Origin: Limnochordia bacterium
GTDB lineage: Bacteria; Bacillota; Limnochordia; DTU080
NCBI GenBank assembly: GCA_050951545.1
Contig: JBMNJG010000002.1
Span: 1 to 64,000 of the forward strand
Direction of reading: 5' to 3'
DNA length: 64,000 nt
Each line of letters starts with the position of its first letter. Positions within the stretch are counted from its first letter, which is position 1. Below are positions 29,679 through 39,199 of this stretch, one piece after another. Position numbers and translations under genes: made by a program. The notes under the pieces are model-generated. The model was not told the DNA's origin. It saw nothing but the letters and a program-made list of their open reading frames with translations, and ran no database searches.

Positions 29679-30938
29679 CTACTCAAGCCCGTTCACTATC
29701 TCCATCACTCTATCCACAAGGAAATCCTCAGCCTCCAGACTGTAGGGAAGCGTGTACTGTGAACCAGCCTCATAGCCCTTTTCCGGAATCATATCCGCAG
29801 AAGGCACGTAACCAATCAAAATGCCTGTATACCCAGCGAACATCACCGGGTTGGGCACTAACTGGGCCTTGGTGCGAAGACCAATGCGCACACATACTTC
29901 ACCATTCAGCCCCACCAAGATGAACTCTGGGCCGATACGGACCACAAGAACCTCACATGGTTGGGTCCGCTTATACTCGCCGGCCTCGTCTATCGATGCC
30001 AACATGAGTTGAGCCAGACGCGCCGCACGTCTCTTGCGTCCCTGGAAAAGGGTTTGGTCCTCGTCCGGAAGAAAGTCTTCCATCAAAGGCAGGTGCACGA
30101 CCTCCAGCCCCGAGCGCAGAGGTCCAGTGATCTCTTGCATCGGATGCGCCAATACATTAAGCACCGCGTCAGCTAACTGACGACCAAATGCTCTCGGTCG
30201 AGGCGGCCCTCCCTCGTATTCAAACACCAAGGGGTCATTCGCCTTCACATGATAGGGCTTCAGATCCCCGCCTGCGCCCTGCACAAACAGCGCGGTGGTT
30301 CCCGGTAGCTCTTGTTCGATGAACTGATTGCTGAAACCCACGTAGTCTCCACCGATCAAATACCCACCAATGGTTGAAGGGTGACAGGCATAGTTGGTGA
30401 TCACGGCACTGATTTGCCCCTCAGAGTCCACGGCCTTGACTACCGTAACTTCGTGATCCACTGGCCCGTACGGGTTCACGCCCCAGAGTACCTCTCCGTC
30501 TTTGCTCTTGCGGCGACGATTGACACTGATGGCTGCCCTGCCCTTGCCCACAAATAAGCGTACTGGCTTCGTCTTTGTTAGGCAGGTTTTCACCAGATCA
30601 ACGGTTTTGGCCACTACCTCACCAGCATAGTCGGCATCCCTCGTGCTGGGACCACAGTGCGTGTGTGACACATTGAGAATAAGCTGATCAGCTGCAAGAC
30701 CACATTCGTCTGCCAGCCTCTGACGCATCAACTGAACGTGATCATTGCCCCAACTGCACAGGTCAGCACAAACTAAGGCGACCCTGTGGTCATCGTCCTC
30801 GAGTACCAGCGCCTTCACAAACAAAGACTGGTACACACCCTGCGACATGCCCTTACGAGCTGCAAAACCAGCCATCCGTATTGGTCTGCTTGGAGTGATA
30901 TCCGCGACACCCGTGGCGGCTCTAAGCTCACTTGTCAT
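29679..30938 (-). CDS. Neutral/alkaline ceramidase N-terminal-domain family hydrolase
   Basis: ADITP..MAGFAAR, SHTHCGP, VNRR, GPVD, NYACHPS, QGAGGD, GYVPS..EKGYE. Confidence 0.85.
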   Translation of the reverse strand: MTSELRAATGVADITPSRPIRMAGFAARKGMSQGVYQSLFVKALVLEDDDHRVALVCADLCSWGNDHVQLMRQRLADECGLAADQLILNVSHTHCGPSTRDADYAGEVVAKTVDLVKTCLTKTKPVRLFVGKGRAAISVNRRRKSKDGEVLWGVNPYGPVDHEVTVVKAVDSEGQISAVITNYACHPSTIGGYLIGGDYVGFSNQFIEQELPGTTALFVQGAGGDLKPYHVKANDPLVFEYEGGPPRPRAFGRQLADAVLNVLAHPMQEITGPLRSGLEVVHLPLMEDFLPDEDQTLFQGRKRRAARLAQLMLASIDEAGEYKRTQPCEVLVVRIGPEFILVGLNGEVCVRIGLRTKAQLVPNPVMFAGYTGILIGYVPSADMIPEKGYEAGSQYTLPYSLEAEDFLVDRVMEIVNGLE

Positions 30939-30972
30939 TGCTACACCTCCGTTTCCATAACGCATCGTTCGT

Positions 30973-33900
30973 CTACTGCCAGCCAGTAACCTCCAGACGC
31001 CCTATCTGAGGGAATGCAGGATCTCCACCGGACAACACGCTTATCTTCAGCTGGCCGTCACCGCGAAAATAACGCTTAGTAGGTGTGAGAACACCCTTAG
31101 CCAAGTCGCCCTGTGCAGTCCACGAGCAATGCAACGGTATTTCCTTCCACTCGTCGTTCCCTACGCTGAACTGGATCTGAATTCCATCCGCTGTCTCTTC
31201 TGCCCCAGATACGAGTGTATAGAAGGTGAGTTCAAAATCAAAGAGCCCTGGCACATCATAGACAAGGTACTCTGCGGAAGGCTCGCTACGGCAAAGCCGG
31301 TTAGCGTCCCCGAAAAACTGGTCAGGGTCGGTTATCTCGTAGCGCCAACCCTCCGATTCTTCGGCACGCACCTGGTAGGCTAAGTCGCCAAACCAGCTGT
31401 TCGTCAATGGTGGCCGGAAGTCATCTACGATGCGCCAACCCGGTACCAGGGCGGAAAATGATAAGTCCAGCTCTGGCCGCCCAGGATCGCAGAGAGTCAC
31501 GGGATACGCCCCTGGTGGAAGCTCTTTCGTCGGCGCTATGGCCAGCTCGAGGGGAACTGCTCTCACCCCGGGTTCTAGCGTGTAGGTGATCTCAGCGGGA
31601 GTGACCTGCAACCCGTCAGGAAGGTCTCTGATCTGCAACGTACCCCGCAAAGAACCCGTATCGTCAAGACGAGTAACGCGGAAGCAACCCACTTCAGCCC
31701 CCGCACGCCCGACGCTAACGCTGCTTGGGCCGCTGAGCACAATTTCCCTGGGCTGAGTCAACACGGCGAGGGACTGCGCGGTGTGCCGCAGCGTCTGGGC
31801 CACTGTCTTGCCCAGATTCGAGCCCGCCAGCTGACCCATCTGATGTGGCAGCGTGGCTTCGAAACCCTTGAGAGCTACCTCCCGGAATCTCTCATTGCCA
31901 GTCAACTCATAGGCGTAGGCAAAGGCATCAAGGAGTAGCATATTCGTGTTTCTTGCCTCCGCTGCAAAGTCCGGGTGGTCGATGTACGGATACCCCAAGG
32001 CGGTCTCACACCATAGTTCATCGACCAGGTGTGTGAGGCCCCGGATCAGCATCTCGGCGGCTCTTGCGTCTTGAGTTACCCTATGGTAATCACCCAAGCC
32101 CCGAAGAATGATCGCCGTCATGAAGGGCTTTGTGGCGTTGGGCTGACTTTCAGCCTCATTGGCCGCGATCGTGTAGGTCCACTGACCGTCAGGCTGTTGC
32201 TCCTCAGCAAGGATCTCAACCACTGCCTCGGCTGCCTTCAGATAGTATGGATCGCAGGTACTCTCGTAGGCTGCCACAAGCGCTACCAAGGCCCAGCCTG
32301 CACTTCTGGTACCCACGTCGCGCTGCTGGTTCTGAAAGATCCTAGGGCGGTGGCGATCCGGCTTGACCAAAGCCAAATGGGCGAAAAAGTCACCTACTGC
32401 AAGGGCTGCCTCTAAGCTACGCCGATCACCCGTCAAATGGTAGTAGTCAAGCAGGCCCTGATTCCATGTGTGGTGCTCGCCAGCGTATGATCGGTGAGAG
32501 GCCGAATGGCTATGACCGCATCCGACCCAGACATCATTGTAAGCAGCCCAGACTAAATCGACATCCATCCAGTGCCTGGCAGCGCTTTCGGCAAGGTCGA
32601 AGTAGCGCAAGTCTCCAGAGCGAGCAAACTGCTGGAAATAGACATAAGCCAAGTCATATTCACCGTTACCCCACCCGTCGGGGTCCCAGGTAGTGCTCCA
32701 GTCGCCGAAATTGCGCCATCCATACTCGCCAAGACGATCACGGTTTTGAGCCAGTCTCACATAACCCTGCTCGACAAACGTCTCGTACATAGCGATAGAA
32801 GGATTATACAGCGGCAAGTGCCCGTCCTCAATGAGAAGGAAGGGTCGCCCAAAACCATGGGTGCTCGAATACCATGATGGCGAAGCCACGGCCCGCAAAG
32901 GATGCAGTAGCCCCGCAACAGCCGCAGCCCCCTGATCACTCAGGTCAAGATAGATCTCATGCCGTTTGGCCTCGCCTCCACCCATAATGAGAGGATCAGC
33001 GGATGCTGCCCAAAGCTGGACACGCAGATCGCCATCCTCATTAAGGACGATGCCTTTGGGAAAATGCTCCCAAAAATGGCGCACGCCTGCAGTTAGTGAC
33101 CGGTCTCCCTGGCGAAACTGTGCCCACCCGGGAGCTCGATCGCCCGCGGCTATCTGTCGACCATCCGAGATGATCTCATAGTTGCGTTCAGTAGTCTGCA
33201 GCAAAGCCACAGAAGCCGCCTGACCTGAGGATATCTGCTCCCTAGCAGTGGCTATGTCAAAGATGGCTTGGCTGCCTCTGAGCCAACCAGGGAAAGATAG
33301 CGATACATCGGTGATCTTCGCGTGCGAAACGGCTATCCGCGGCTCCCAACCCATAAGGTGCGTGATGGTGGGGTCTATTCTGACCCGTGTCGCGTTCCGG
33401 TAAAAATGAAAACGCATATCGTAGGCGAAGTTGAGCGTTTCGCCCCCTTCCATCTCGTGAAGCTCTCCTTTGACGAGCACGACAACTCGCTCAGGCCCTA
33501 CCTCTTCCACCATCAGCTGATAAGGGGCGCTCGAGGTGCTGATCACCAGGCCACCCGAGCCCTGCAACACGAGCTTGGGGGACTGAAGCCCCTCCCAGGG
33601 TACCCCGTCCACCTTAAGGCCACGGATCAGCTGGCTTTGCTTCCCGAAGGTCACCTCTAGGCGCCCTGTAGCCACCGTTACCGTATCATGGTCTTCCTCC
33701 ACGACTATACCCGCGTAAGGCGAGGCAGCCACCGTAGAACCATACTCAAGGACGTATTCGGCAGTCTCACCAGCGACCAGATCGGCCTGGAAATCCAGGA
33801 GCAACCAGCGAATACTACCGTCAGGCCAACGCGATAGAACGCTCGCCTGAAGGGGCACTTCCTGTCCATCGCGCAGCAAACGTGCTAAGGCAGGATTCCA

Positions 33901-34791
33901 GAGCTGACCCTCAGCGAGAGGCACGCCTGACGTGACTGGCTGGTTGATGCGAACCAGACCTTGATCTTCTGTGACGCGCAAGCTCACCTGGCGCTTGCCT
34001 GAGGAAGTAGATGGCCACGGAGGCAAACTGGGAGCCGGACGTTTTGGTCGATCACCCGTCCAAGTGGCATTGCGAACCGGGACCAGGTTCGGAGCTTCGT
34101 CATCCATCGCCCACACTCTGAACCCACCGTAGTACACATCCCCCGGCAGATCGTTATGTGTATGTTGGACAGTGAGCCGAGCGTCCTTCCACGTACTGAC
34201 GGGCTGGCGAAACGCCAGAGGACCTGCAACAGGCCTCTCCATATCATTTAGGTAAAGATAAGCTTCGTTCGTCTTACGATTGGCGATAATGCGCAAATGG
34301 TTCCAGCCATCCTTGAGGACCCCACAAGAGACGCCATAGCTAGAATCGCCCTTCGAGGCGCGAAACCCCAGTTGCCCCGTATCGGTGACGTACCAATTGA
34401 GGTTGGGCCCCGATTGGGAGACGTAGAGATTGACGCCCTTCCCCGCTACCCATCGCAGTTGATGCTCAACGGCGATGGTGACAGCTGCCGCAGACAAGGC
34501 CTGATCGAGAGGAGCTGTCATCCGAGTCTCCCTGCGATTCGGATCAGCCACAATGTGGACCGCCCTGCCTGAATCCAGCCCCGCATCACAAACTACCTCA
34601 ACAGACCCGGGCTCGCCCTCGACAAACCATCCCGCCGGAGTGCCTCCAATCTCGCTGGAGGAGAAGTCATCGGCGAAAAGCACAGGCGACTGCATTGCCC
34701 AAGAGGCATGGACCATAACTGCTAGCAGCGCTAGCACGCTGAGAAACAAAACACACGTCCTTCTGAATGCCTGAGCGGTGCGCGTAGTCAC
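30973..34791 (-). CDS. Secreted PcRGLX/YetA (PL26)-like lyase with N-terminal beta-sandwich, Ig-like and shared C-terminal domain
   Basis: Signal peptide; PVTSGVPL..VPLQASVLSRWPDGSIRWLLLDFQAD, HFWEHFPK, GWRNFGD, WGNGEYD, RHWMDVD. Confidence 0.75.
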   Translation of the reverse strand: MTTRTAQAFRRTCVLFLSVLALLAVMVHASWAMQSPVLFADDFSSSEIGGTPAGWFVEGEPGSVEVVCDAGLDSGRAVHIVADPNRRETRMTAPLDQALSAAAVTIAVEHQLRWVAGKGVNLYVSQSGPNLNWYVTDTGQLGFRASKGDSSYGVSCGVLKDGWNHLRIIANRKTNEAYLYLNDMERPVAGPLAFRQPVSTWKDARLTVQHTHNDLPGDVYYGGFRVWAMDDEAPNLVPVRNATWTGDRPKRPAPSLPPWPSTSSGKRQVSLRVTEDQGLVRINQPVTSGVPLAEGQLWNPALARLLRDGQEVPLQASVLSRWPDGSIRWLLLDFQADLVAGETAEYVLEYGSTVAASPYAGIVVEEDHDTVTVATGRLEVTFGKQSQLIRGLKVDGVPWEGLQSPKLVLQGSGGLVISTSSAPYQLMVEEVGPERVVVLVKGELHEMEGGETLNFAYDMRFHFYRNATRVRIDPTITHLMGWEPRIAVSHAKITDVSLSFPGWLRGSQAIFDIATAREQISSGQAASVALLQTTERNYEIISDGRQIAAGDRAPGWAQFRQGDRSLTAGVRHFWEHFPKGIVLNEDGDLRVQLWAASADPLIMGGGEAKRHEIYLDLSDQGAAAVAGLLHPLRAVASPSWYSSTHGFGRPFLLIEDGHLPLYNPSIAMYETFVEQGYVRLAQNRDRLGEYGWRNFGDWSTTWDPDGWGNGEYDLAYVYFQQFARSGDLRYFDLAESAARHWMDVDLVWAAYNDVWVGCGHSHSASHRSYAGEHHTWNQGLLDYYHLTGDRRSLEAALAVGDFFAHLALVKPDRHRPRIFQNQQRDVGTRSAGWALVALVAAYESTCDPYYLKAAEAVVEILAEEQQPDGQWTYTIAANEAESQPNATKPFMTAIILRGLGDYHRVTQDARAAEMLIRGLTHLVDELWCETALGYPYIDHPDFAAEARNTNMLLLDAFAYAYELTGNERFREVALKGFEATLPHQMGQLAGSNLGKTVAQTLRHTAQSLAVLTQPREIVLSGPSSVSVGRAGAEVGCFRVTRLDDTGSLRGTLQIRDLPDGLQVTPAEITYTLEPGVRAVPLELAIAPTKELPPGAYPVTLCDPGRPELDLSFSALVPGWRIVDDFRPPLTNSWFGDLAYQVRAEESEGWRYEITDPDQFFGDANRLCRSEPSAEYLVYDVPGLFDFELTFYTLVSGAEETADGIQIQFSVGNDEWKEIPLHCSWTAQGDLAKGVLTPTKRYFRGDGQLKISVLSGGDPAFPQIGRLEVTGWQ

Positions 34792-34809
34792 GGGAAAACA
34801 CTCCTAAGA

Positions 34810-34836
34810 ACCGCCCGGCTGTGTATGCCGGGCGGT
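34810..34836. other. GC-rich intercistronic stem-loop downstream of SBP
   Basis: ACCGCCCGGC-TGTGTAT-GCCGGGCGGT, perfect 10-bp stem with a weak U tail; may stabilise the SBP mRNA. Confidence 0.6.
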
Positions 34837-34858
34837 CCCCTTTATGTCGATCTCGTTC

Positions 34859-36121
34859 TTAGGGCTCAGCCGCCAAGAGCTTTTCCACGGCCGGACGTAT
34901 CTGCTCCATGGCTACTTTTGCCGAGACTTCTCCTGATAGAATTCGGACACAAGCTGCGCCCAGGTTCTCCTTCATGATAGCCGTCCACTGCACAAGCTGG
35001 GGCAATGCACGACCATGGTCTGAGGCCAACAGCAGTGTGACATCCCGAAGGCTGACTGGGTCCTCCCCAATCCTGTGGAACAGGTTCCAGTGATTGCGAT
35101 CGCGAGTCTGAGGTGGGAAACGCTTGTTCTCAAGATAGATCGAGTAGCCAGGCTCGTTCGGCACCAGAAGGAACTTGATGAACTCCCAAGCTTCCTCTTT
35201 ATAGACCGAACTGGGGCCGATGGTCATCACATTGCCTTTCCAGATGGAATACTGCCCGCCGGCGCCCCTCGGATGAATAGTTACATCCCACTCAAAGGGC
35301 CATTCCCTTCCCGTCACAGAAGGAAAGCCAGCCGGGTACATCGCTGTGATTGACGCAGTTTGCTTATCGAAATTGCCAGAACCCATCACCTCGCTGCTGC
35401 GTTGCTCAGCGAGCCAATCCAAGACTGTCAGTGCTGCAGGTTCGGTGAGCAGGAAGCGCTTGTTTTCCAGATCAAATAGGTCCCCGCCACCGGACCACAA
35501 CCAGGGCTCAAAATGGACCGCCGTCTTGCCTAGGTAATGCGACGTGCTCGCCCAACGTGTAACCCGTCCATCTACTCTGCGTACGAGTTTGCGTGCATAC
35601 TCGGTAAAAGTCGCTAGATCCCAGTGTACATCAGGCTTAGGTAGGCCCGCTTCATGCATATGAGTCAAGTTATACACCATGTAGTTGGGGGCTGAGATGT
35701 AGGGCAGTCCATAGATCTGGCCCTTGTACTGGATATCCGGCAATGAAGCCGGGAAATAGTCTTTCAGACTAAATGACTTGTCCTGCAGGACCAAATGGTT
35801 AAGGGGTTCGACCAATCCCGAACTAGCGAACTCTGCCAGGAACACACCGTCTACGGCAAAGACATCAGGTGCCAGACCACCTGCGGATAACACCTTCATC
35901 TTCGGATGGTGCACTCCCGTTCCTGACGAGAAGATGTACTCAATCTTGATGTCTGGATGCTCTCTCTCAAAGGCTTCTATTAGCTCTGTGTCGATTTTCT
36001 GTGGCCCCCACGTGGCCCAACGCAGAGTGATCGCTTTTGCAGGAACGTTTGCAGTACAAAGCAACAGCACCAAAAAGCTGAGGGCAACACTCTTGGCCAC
36101 AGGCAACAGGAATCGTCTCAT
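34859..36121 (-). CDS. Sugar ABC transporter solute-binding protein (family 1)
   Basis: Signal peptide; FEREHPDIKI, GGLAPDV, DYFP, EAWEFIKFL. Confidence 0.92.
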   Translation of the reverse strand: MRRFLLPVAKSVALSFLVLLLCTANVPAKAITLRWATWGPQKIDTELIEAFEREHPDIKIEYIFSSGTGVHHPKMKVLSAGGLAPDVFAVDGVFLAEFASSGLVEPLNHLVLQDKSFSLKDYFPASLPDIQYKGQIYGLPYISAPNYMVYNLTHMHEAGLPKPDVHWDLATFTEYARKLVRRVDGRVTRWASTSHYLGKTAVHFEPWLWSGGGDLFDLENKRFLLTEPAALTVLDWLAEQRSSEVMGSGNFDKQTASITAMYPAGFPSVTGREWPFEWDVTIHPRGAGGQYSIWKGNVMTIGPSSVYKEEAWEFIKFLLVPNEPGYSIYLENKRFPPQTRDRNHWNLFHRIGEDPVSLRDVTLLLASDHGRALPQLVQWTAIMKENLGAACVRILSGEVSAKVAMEQIRPAVEKLLAAEP

Positions 36122-36216
36122 TTCATTTGCCTCCGCATTTAATGTTGTGCGACATAAACACAACTCTTTTCAACGCCTCCGGGTGTTGGCCTGCTTTATT
36201 TCTGTTTTCGGGGATC

Positions 36217-39138
36217 CTATTTGGTAATGGAGGCAAGCTCAAACCCAGTAAAGACTACCCCGCCAATTTGAACTGCCTCTTTGGGGAGAGCGTCAGACAA
36301 CGTCAGACGAAACCAGTGCTGGTCGGTTGCCTCGCTGAGATCAAGGGTGATCATCGCCCGCTGCCAGTCATCTGCATCGCCGTCTAGCTTTGCGGTGTAG
36401 GCTATGGGCTTCCACGCCTCTGGCGAGACAGCCACGGCCAGCTCAAGCCCTTCTTCTAAGCGGATCTCTGGACGGACGAACAGCGTTAAGGTAACCGTCT
36501 GTAACCGTGGTGTTTCCCAGACAAGATGCTCGGCAGTGTCTGTCCCCCGCAGCAAGCGATGTGGATCCCGGAAAAAGCGATCACTATCGCTGGTGTCGTA
36601 AACCCAGCCTTCAGAGCGGCTCGCGGTCTGCAGAAAGTCAATCGGAAACCATCCCTCCGTGACTGGTGGCGCCATGTTTTGCACAAGGGTCCAGCGATTG
36701 GCAACGTTGATGTCCAGCGTCTGACGGAACGCGCCGTAGGTATCATGCACTGTGGTCACAGTCAGCAAGCGATGTCCGTCGTCCAATCTCTCCGTATCGA
36801 TAAGTAGTTCATCAGGGCCCGGTAGTCTGGCCCCACGGTAGATATTCTCGCCATCTACATCAATGGTCACACTAACCAGATCCTCGGCGTGATGCGCATG
36901 CAACAGCTCGATGTTCAGCGGCAGGGTGCCAGTCACCCGACTACCATTCTCAAGCGACAGGAATCTCACCCTCACCGCCGGATAGTCAGGAAGGCTTTCG
37001 TAAAGGGCATCGTAGTAACCGCTGCGATGAGCCTGCTTGAGCAATTCCTCGGGCCACGTACCGTACCACGAGTAGTTGAGCTGTCGTTCAAGCTCAATTT
37101 CCGAGAAGTCGTAGCGCACAATGCCGTCTCGGCCAGCGAAAATGGCCCGGTCTGTGCCGATCTCATAAAAGAGCGCCCAACGGCCGTCTTCGAGGCGAAC
37201 TTTCTCTAACCACTCGAAGCCACTCAAGACGGCTCGCTTGACCTCCACGGATGGGTCTGGAATCGAATGCAGTAGTCTCAGAATGCCAGTCGATGAAGAG
37301 ATTGCAGTGGCGACGGGTTCGAATGATCGGGATGCCCGCGGCTCGTAGGTATCGGGATCATGGCGATGGCCCCAGCCTGTTAGGCGACCGTCAACCTCAA
37401 TCTGTGCCTTGACAATGTAGTCAATCCCTCTATCAAACGCCTGCGCGAGACGGGCCCTATACGCATCATCGACGAACTCAAATGGATGTCTCTCCAAGAC
37501 AACATCCTGGATAAGCGACATGACGCTGACCATCGCATCGGTATAAAACGTTACATGCCTGCTATAGGAGGTATAGCTTTCGGGGTCAGGATAGACATGC
37601 GGCCAGCCGCCCGAGGGGTACTGAGAGGCGAGGATGAAATCCAAGCTACGATAGAAAGCCTCTAGGAAACGTCGCTCGCCAGTAGCTGCATAAAGCCTGC
37701 CCAAGAAGCGGATCGGAGCAATCGTGCGCCCGCGGTTGAAGTCTGCGCGCTCGATCCCATCCCTGCATGACGGGGTCCGCGTCGGGTATTCCGGTGAGAA
37801 CGGAAAGTGAGCCATGCCCATGACCCAGCCCCATCCGCCAGTGGATGTCTGCCATGAGAGTAGATTGTCGCCGATGCGCTTCGCTTCTTCAGTTGTCCAC
37901 CAGGCTGGACTCTGGCCAGCATAGTCGGAGTACATGAAGCGCTTGGTGTGTTCTTTCGGCGGTATACGGCCAAGTGCTTCTTCGACTGCCGCCAGGTCAA
38001 TAGAAGCGACTATTCCTGTGTGAAACGGAGGTTCTTGCTCAAGAACAGCCTGTAGCAGCACCGGGATAGCAGTCCACGTGGACTTGGCGAAGAAGTCGTC
38101 ATGTAGGTCTCGATTCTTGTACCTGGGGTAGACCGTCGGCCAGCCACCACTGGGGAACTGCGCTTCAAGAAGAGTGTTCAAACCCTTGCTAAAGGCCTCT
38201 CGGTACTTTACCTCGCCAGTGATCGCATACATATGAGCCAACACACTGAGCTGTGTGGCCAGTATGCCATCCGGTACAGTTAACGTACCGATAAGGATGT
38301 CAATGGTGATCTCATCGGACTCCATTCTGCGCACAATGCGCTCTGCAAGAAACCGGGCCTCGTCTGTTTCCCACCATTCAGGGGGCCGCTGCGCGACATC
38401 GTTGTACTCGATCCAGATCGGAGTCGCCGCTTGCTCGGCCCTTTGGCGCGATTCCTCCTCAGAATTGGGCCCAAGGGTCCACACCTTGACATCCCCATAG
38501 AAGAACTCGCCCTTAATGTTTCGGTGTTGGGCGAGGATGAGCTCGGCACCAGCCCACGAGTCAACGGGTCTGCCAAAGGTCAATGGTTCACTAATCGGCA
38601 CTTGCATATCATTGAGATAAAAGACGACTTCCTGTCTTTCAATATCAGCCACAAGACGAATGCGGTTCCAGCCTTCTTGGAGTTTGCCAAGCCTGAGCGC
38701 ACTTTGCTTTGTGCCAACCCCTCGGTTGAAATACAAGTGGTCAGCAGCGACCCACCAATGCAGCCGGTGACTGCGCGCCTTGCTGATGTACATGTTGTTC
38801 TTTTCCTGTGAAGACCGAATGCGATGCTCGATCACGATGGTCTTGGCTTGTTCTGCTGGTGGATCCCACAAAGGAGCACTGATAGAGGTGTTTTCCAGGT
38901 TCGGATCAGATGTGATGCGGACTGCTCGCCCCGTATCCAGCTCAGCATCAGGGACGACACAAACGTATCCATCTCCTGCGTCAACCCTCCATCCCGCTAG
39001 TGGGTCTCCAAACTGATCCTCCGCAAAACTATCTGCGAACAGGAACTGCGCAGAATCCGCAAATGCACTATGGCCCAGCACACTGACTAACACGACAGCC
39101 AGGATGGTCGAGAAAACAGCCTTGTGAGTACCTGGCAT
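36217..39138 (-). CDS. Secreted pectate-lyase-like (PL10/PelA) multidomain protein with shared C-terminal domain
   Basis: EAKRIGDNLLSWQ..GGW, FLGRLYAATG..AF..LDFILASQYPSGGWP, AFDRGIDYIVKAQI, HDPDTYEPRASRSFE, WALFYEIGTDRAIFAGRDG, YSWYGTWP. Confidence 0.8.
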   Translation of the reverse strand: MPGTHKAVFSTILAVVLVSVLGHSAFADSAQFLFADSFAEDQFGDPLAGWRVDAGDGYVCVVPDAELDTGRAVRITSDPNLENTSISAPLWDPPAEQAKTIVIEHRIRSSQEKNNMYISKARSHRLHWWVAADHLYFNRGVGTKQSALRLGKLQEGWNRIRLVADIERQEVVFYLNDMQVPISEPLTFGRPVDSWAGAELILAQHRNIKGEFFYGDVKVWTLGPNSEEESRQRAEQAATPIWIEYNDVAQRPPEWWETDEARFLAERIVRRMESDEITIDILIGTLTVPDGILATQLSVLAHMYAITGEVKYREAFSKGLNTLLEAQFPSGGWPTVYPRYKNRDLHDDFFAKSTWTAIPVLLQAVLEQEPPFHTGIVASIDLAAVEEALGRIPPKEHTKRFMYSDYAGQSPAWWTTEEAKRIGDNLLSWQTSTGGWGWVMGMAHFPFSPEYPTRTPSCRDGIERADFNRGRTIAPIRFLGRLYAATGERRFLEAFYRSLDFILASQYPSGGWPHVYPDPESYTSYSRHVTFYTDAMVSVMSLIQDVVLERHPFEFVDDAYRARLAQAFDRGIDYIVKAQIEVDGRLTGWGHRHDPDTYEPRASRSFEPVATAISSSTGILRLLHSIPDPSVEVKRAVLSGFEWLEKVRLEDGRWALFYEIGTDRAIFAGRDGIVRYDFSEIELERQLNYSWYGTWPEELLKQAHRSGYYDALYESLPDYPAVRVRFLSLENGSRVTGTLPLNIELLHAHHAEDLVSVTIDVDGENIYRGARLPGPDELLIDTERLDDGHRLLTVTTVHDTYGAFRQTLDINVANRWTLVQNMAPPVTEGWFPIDFLQTASRSEGWVYDTSDSDRFFRDPHRLLRGTDTAEHLVWETPRLQTVTLTLFVRPEIRLEEGLELAVAVSPEAWKPIAYTAKLDGDADDWQRAMITLDLSEATDQHWFRLTLSDALPKEAVQIGGVVFTGFELASITK

Positions 39139-39199
39139 GGTTACACTCCCCTTCTGGTGTTGAGTGTTAAGACTGCGTACACGACACTGAAGCATTGGT

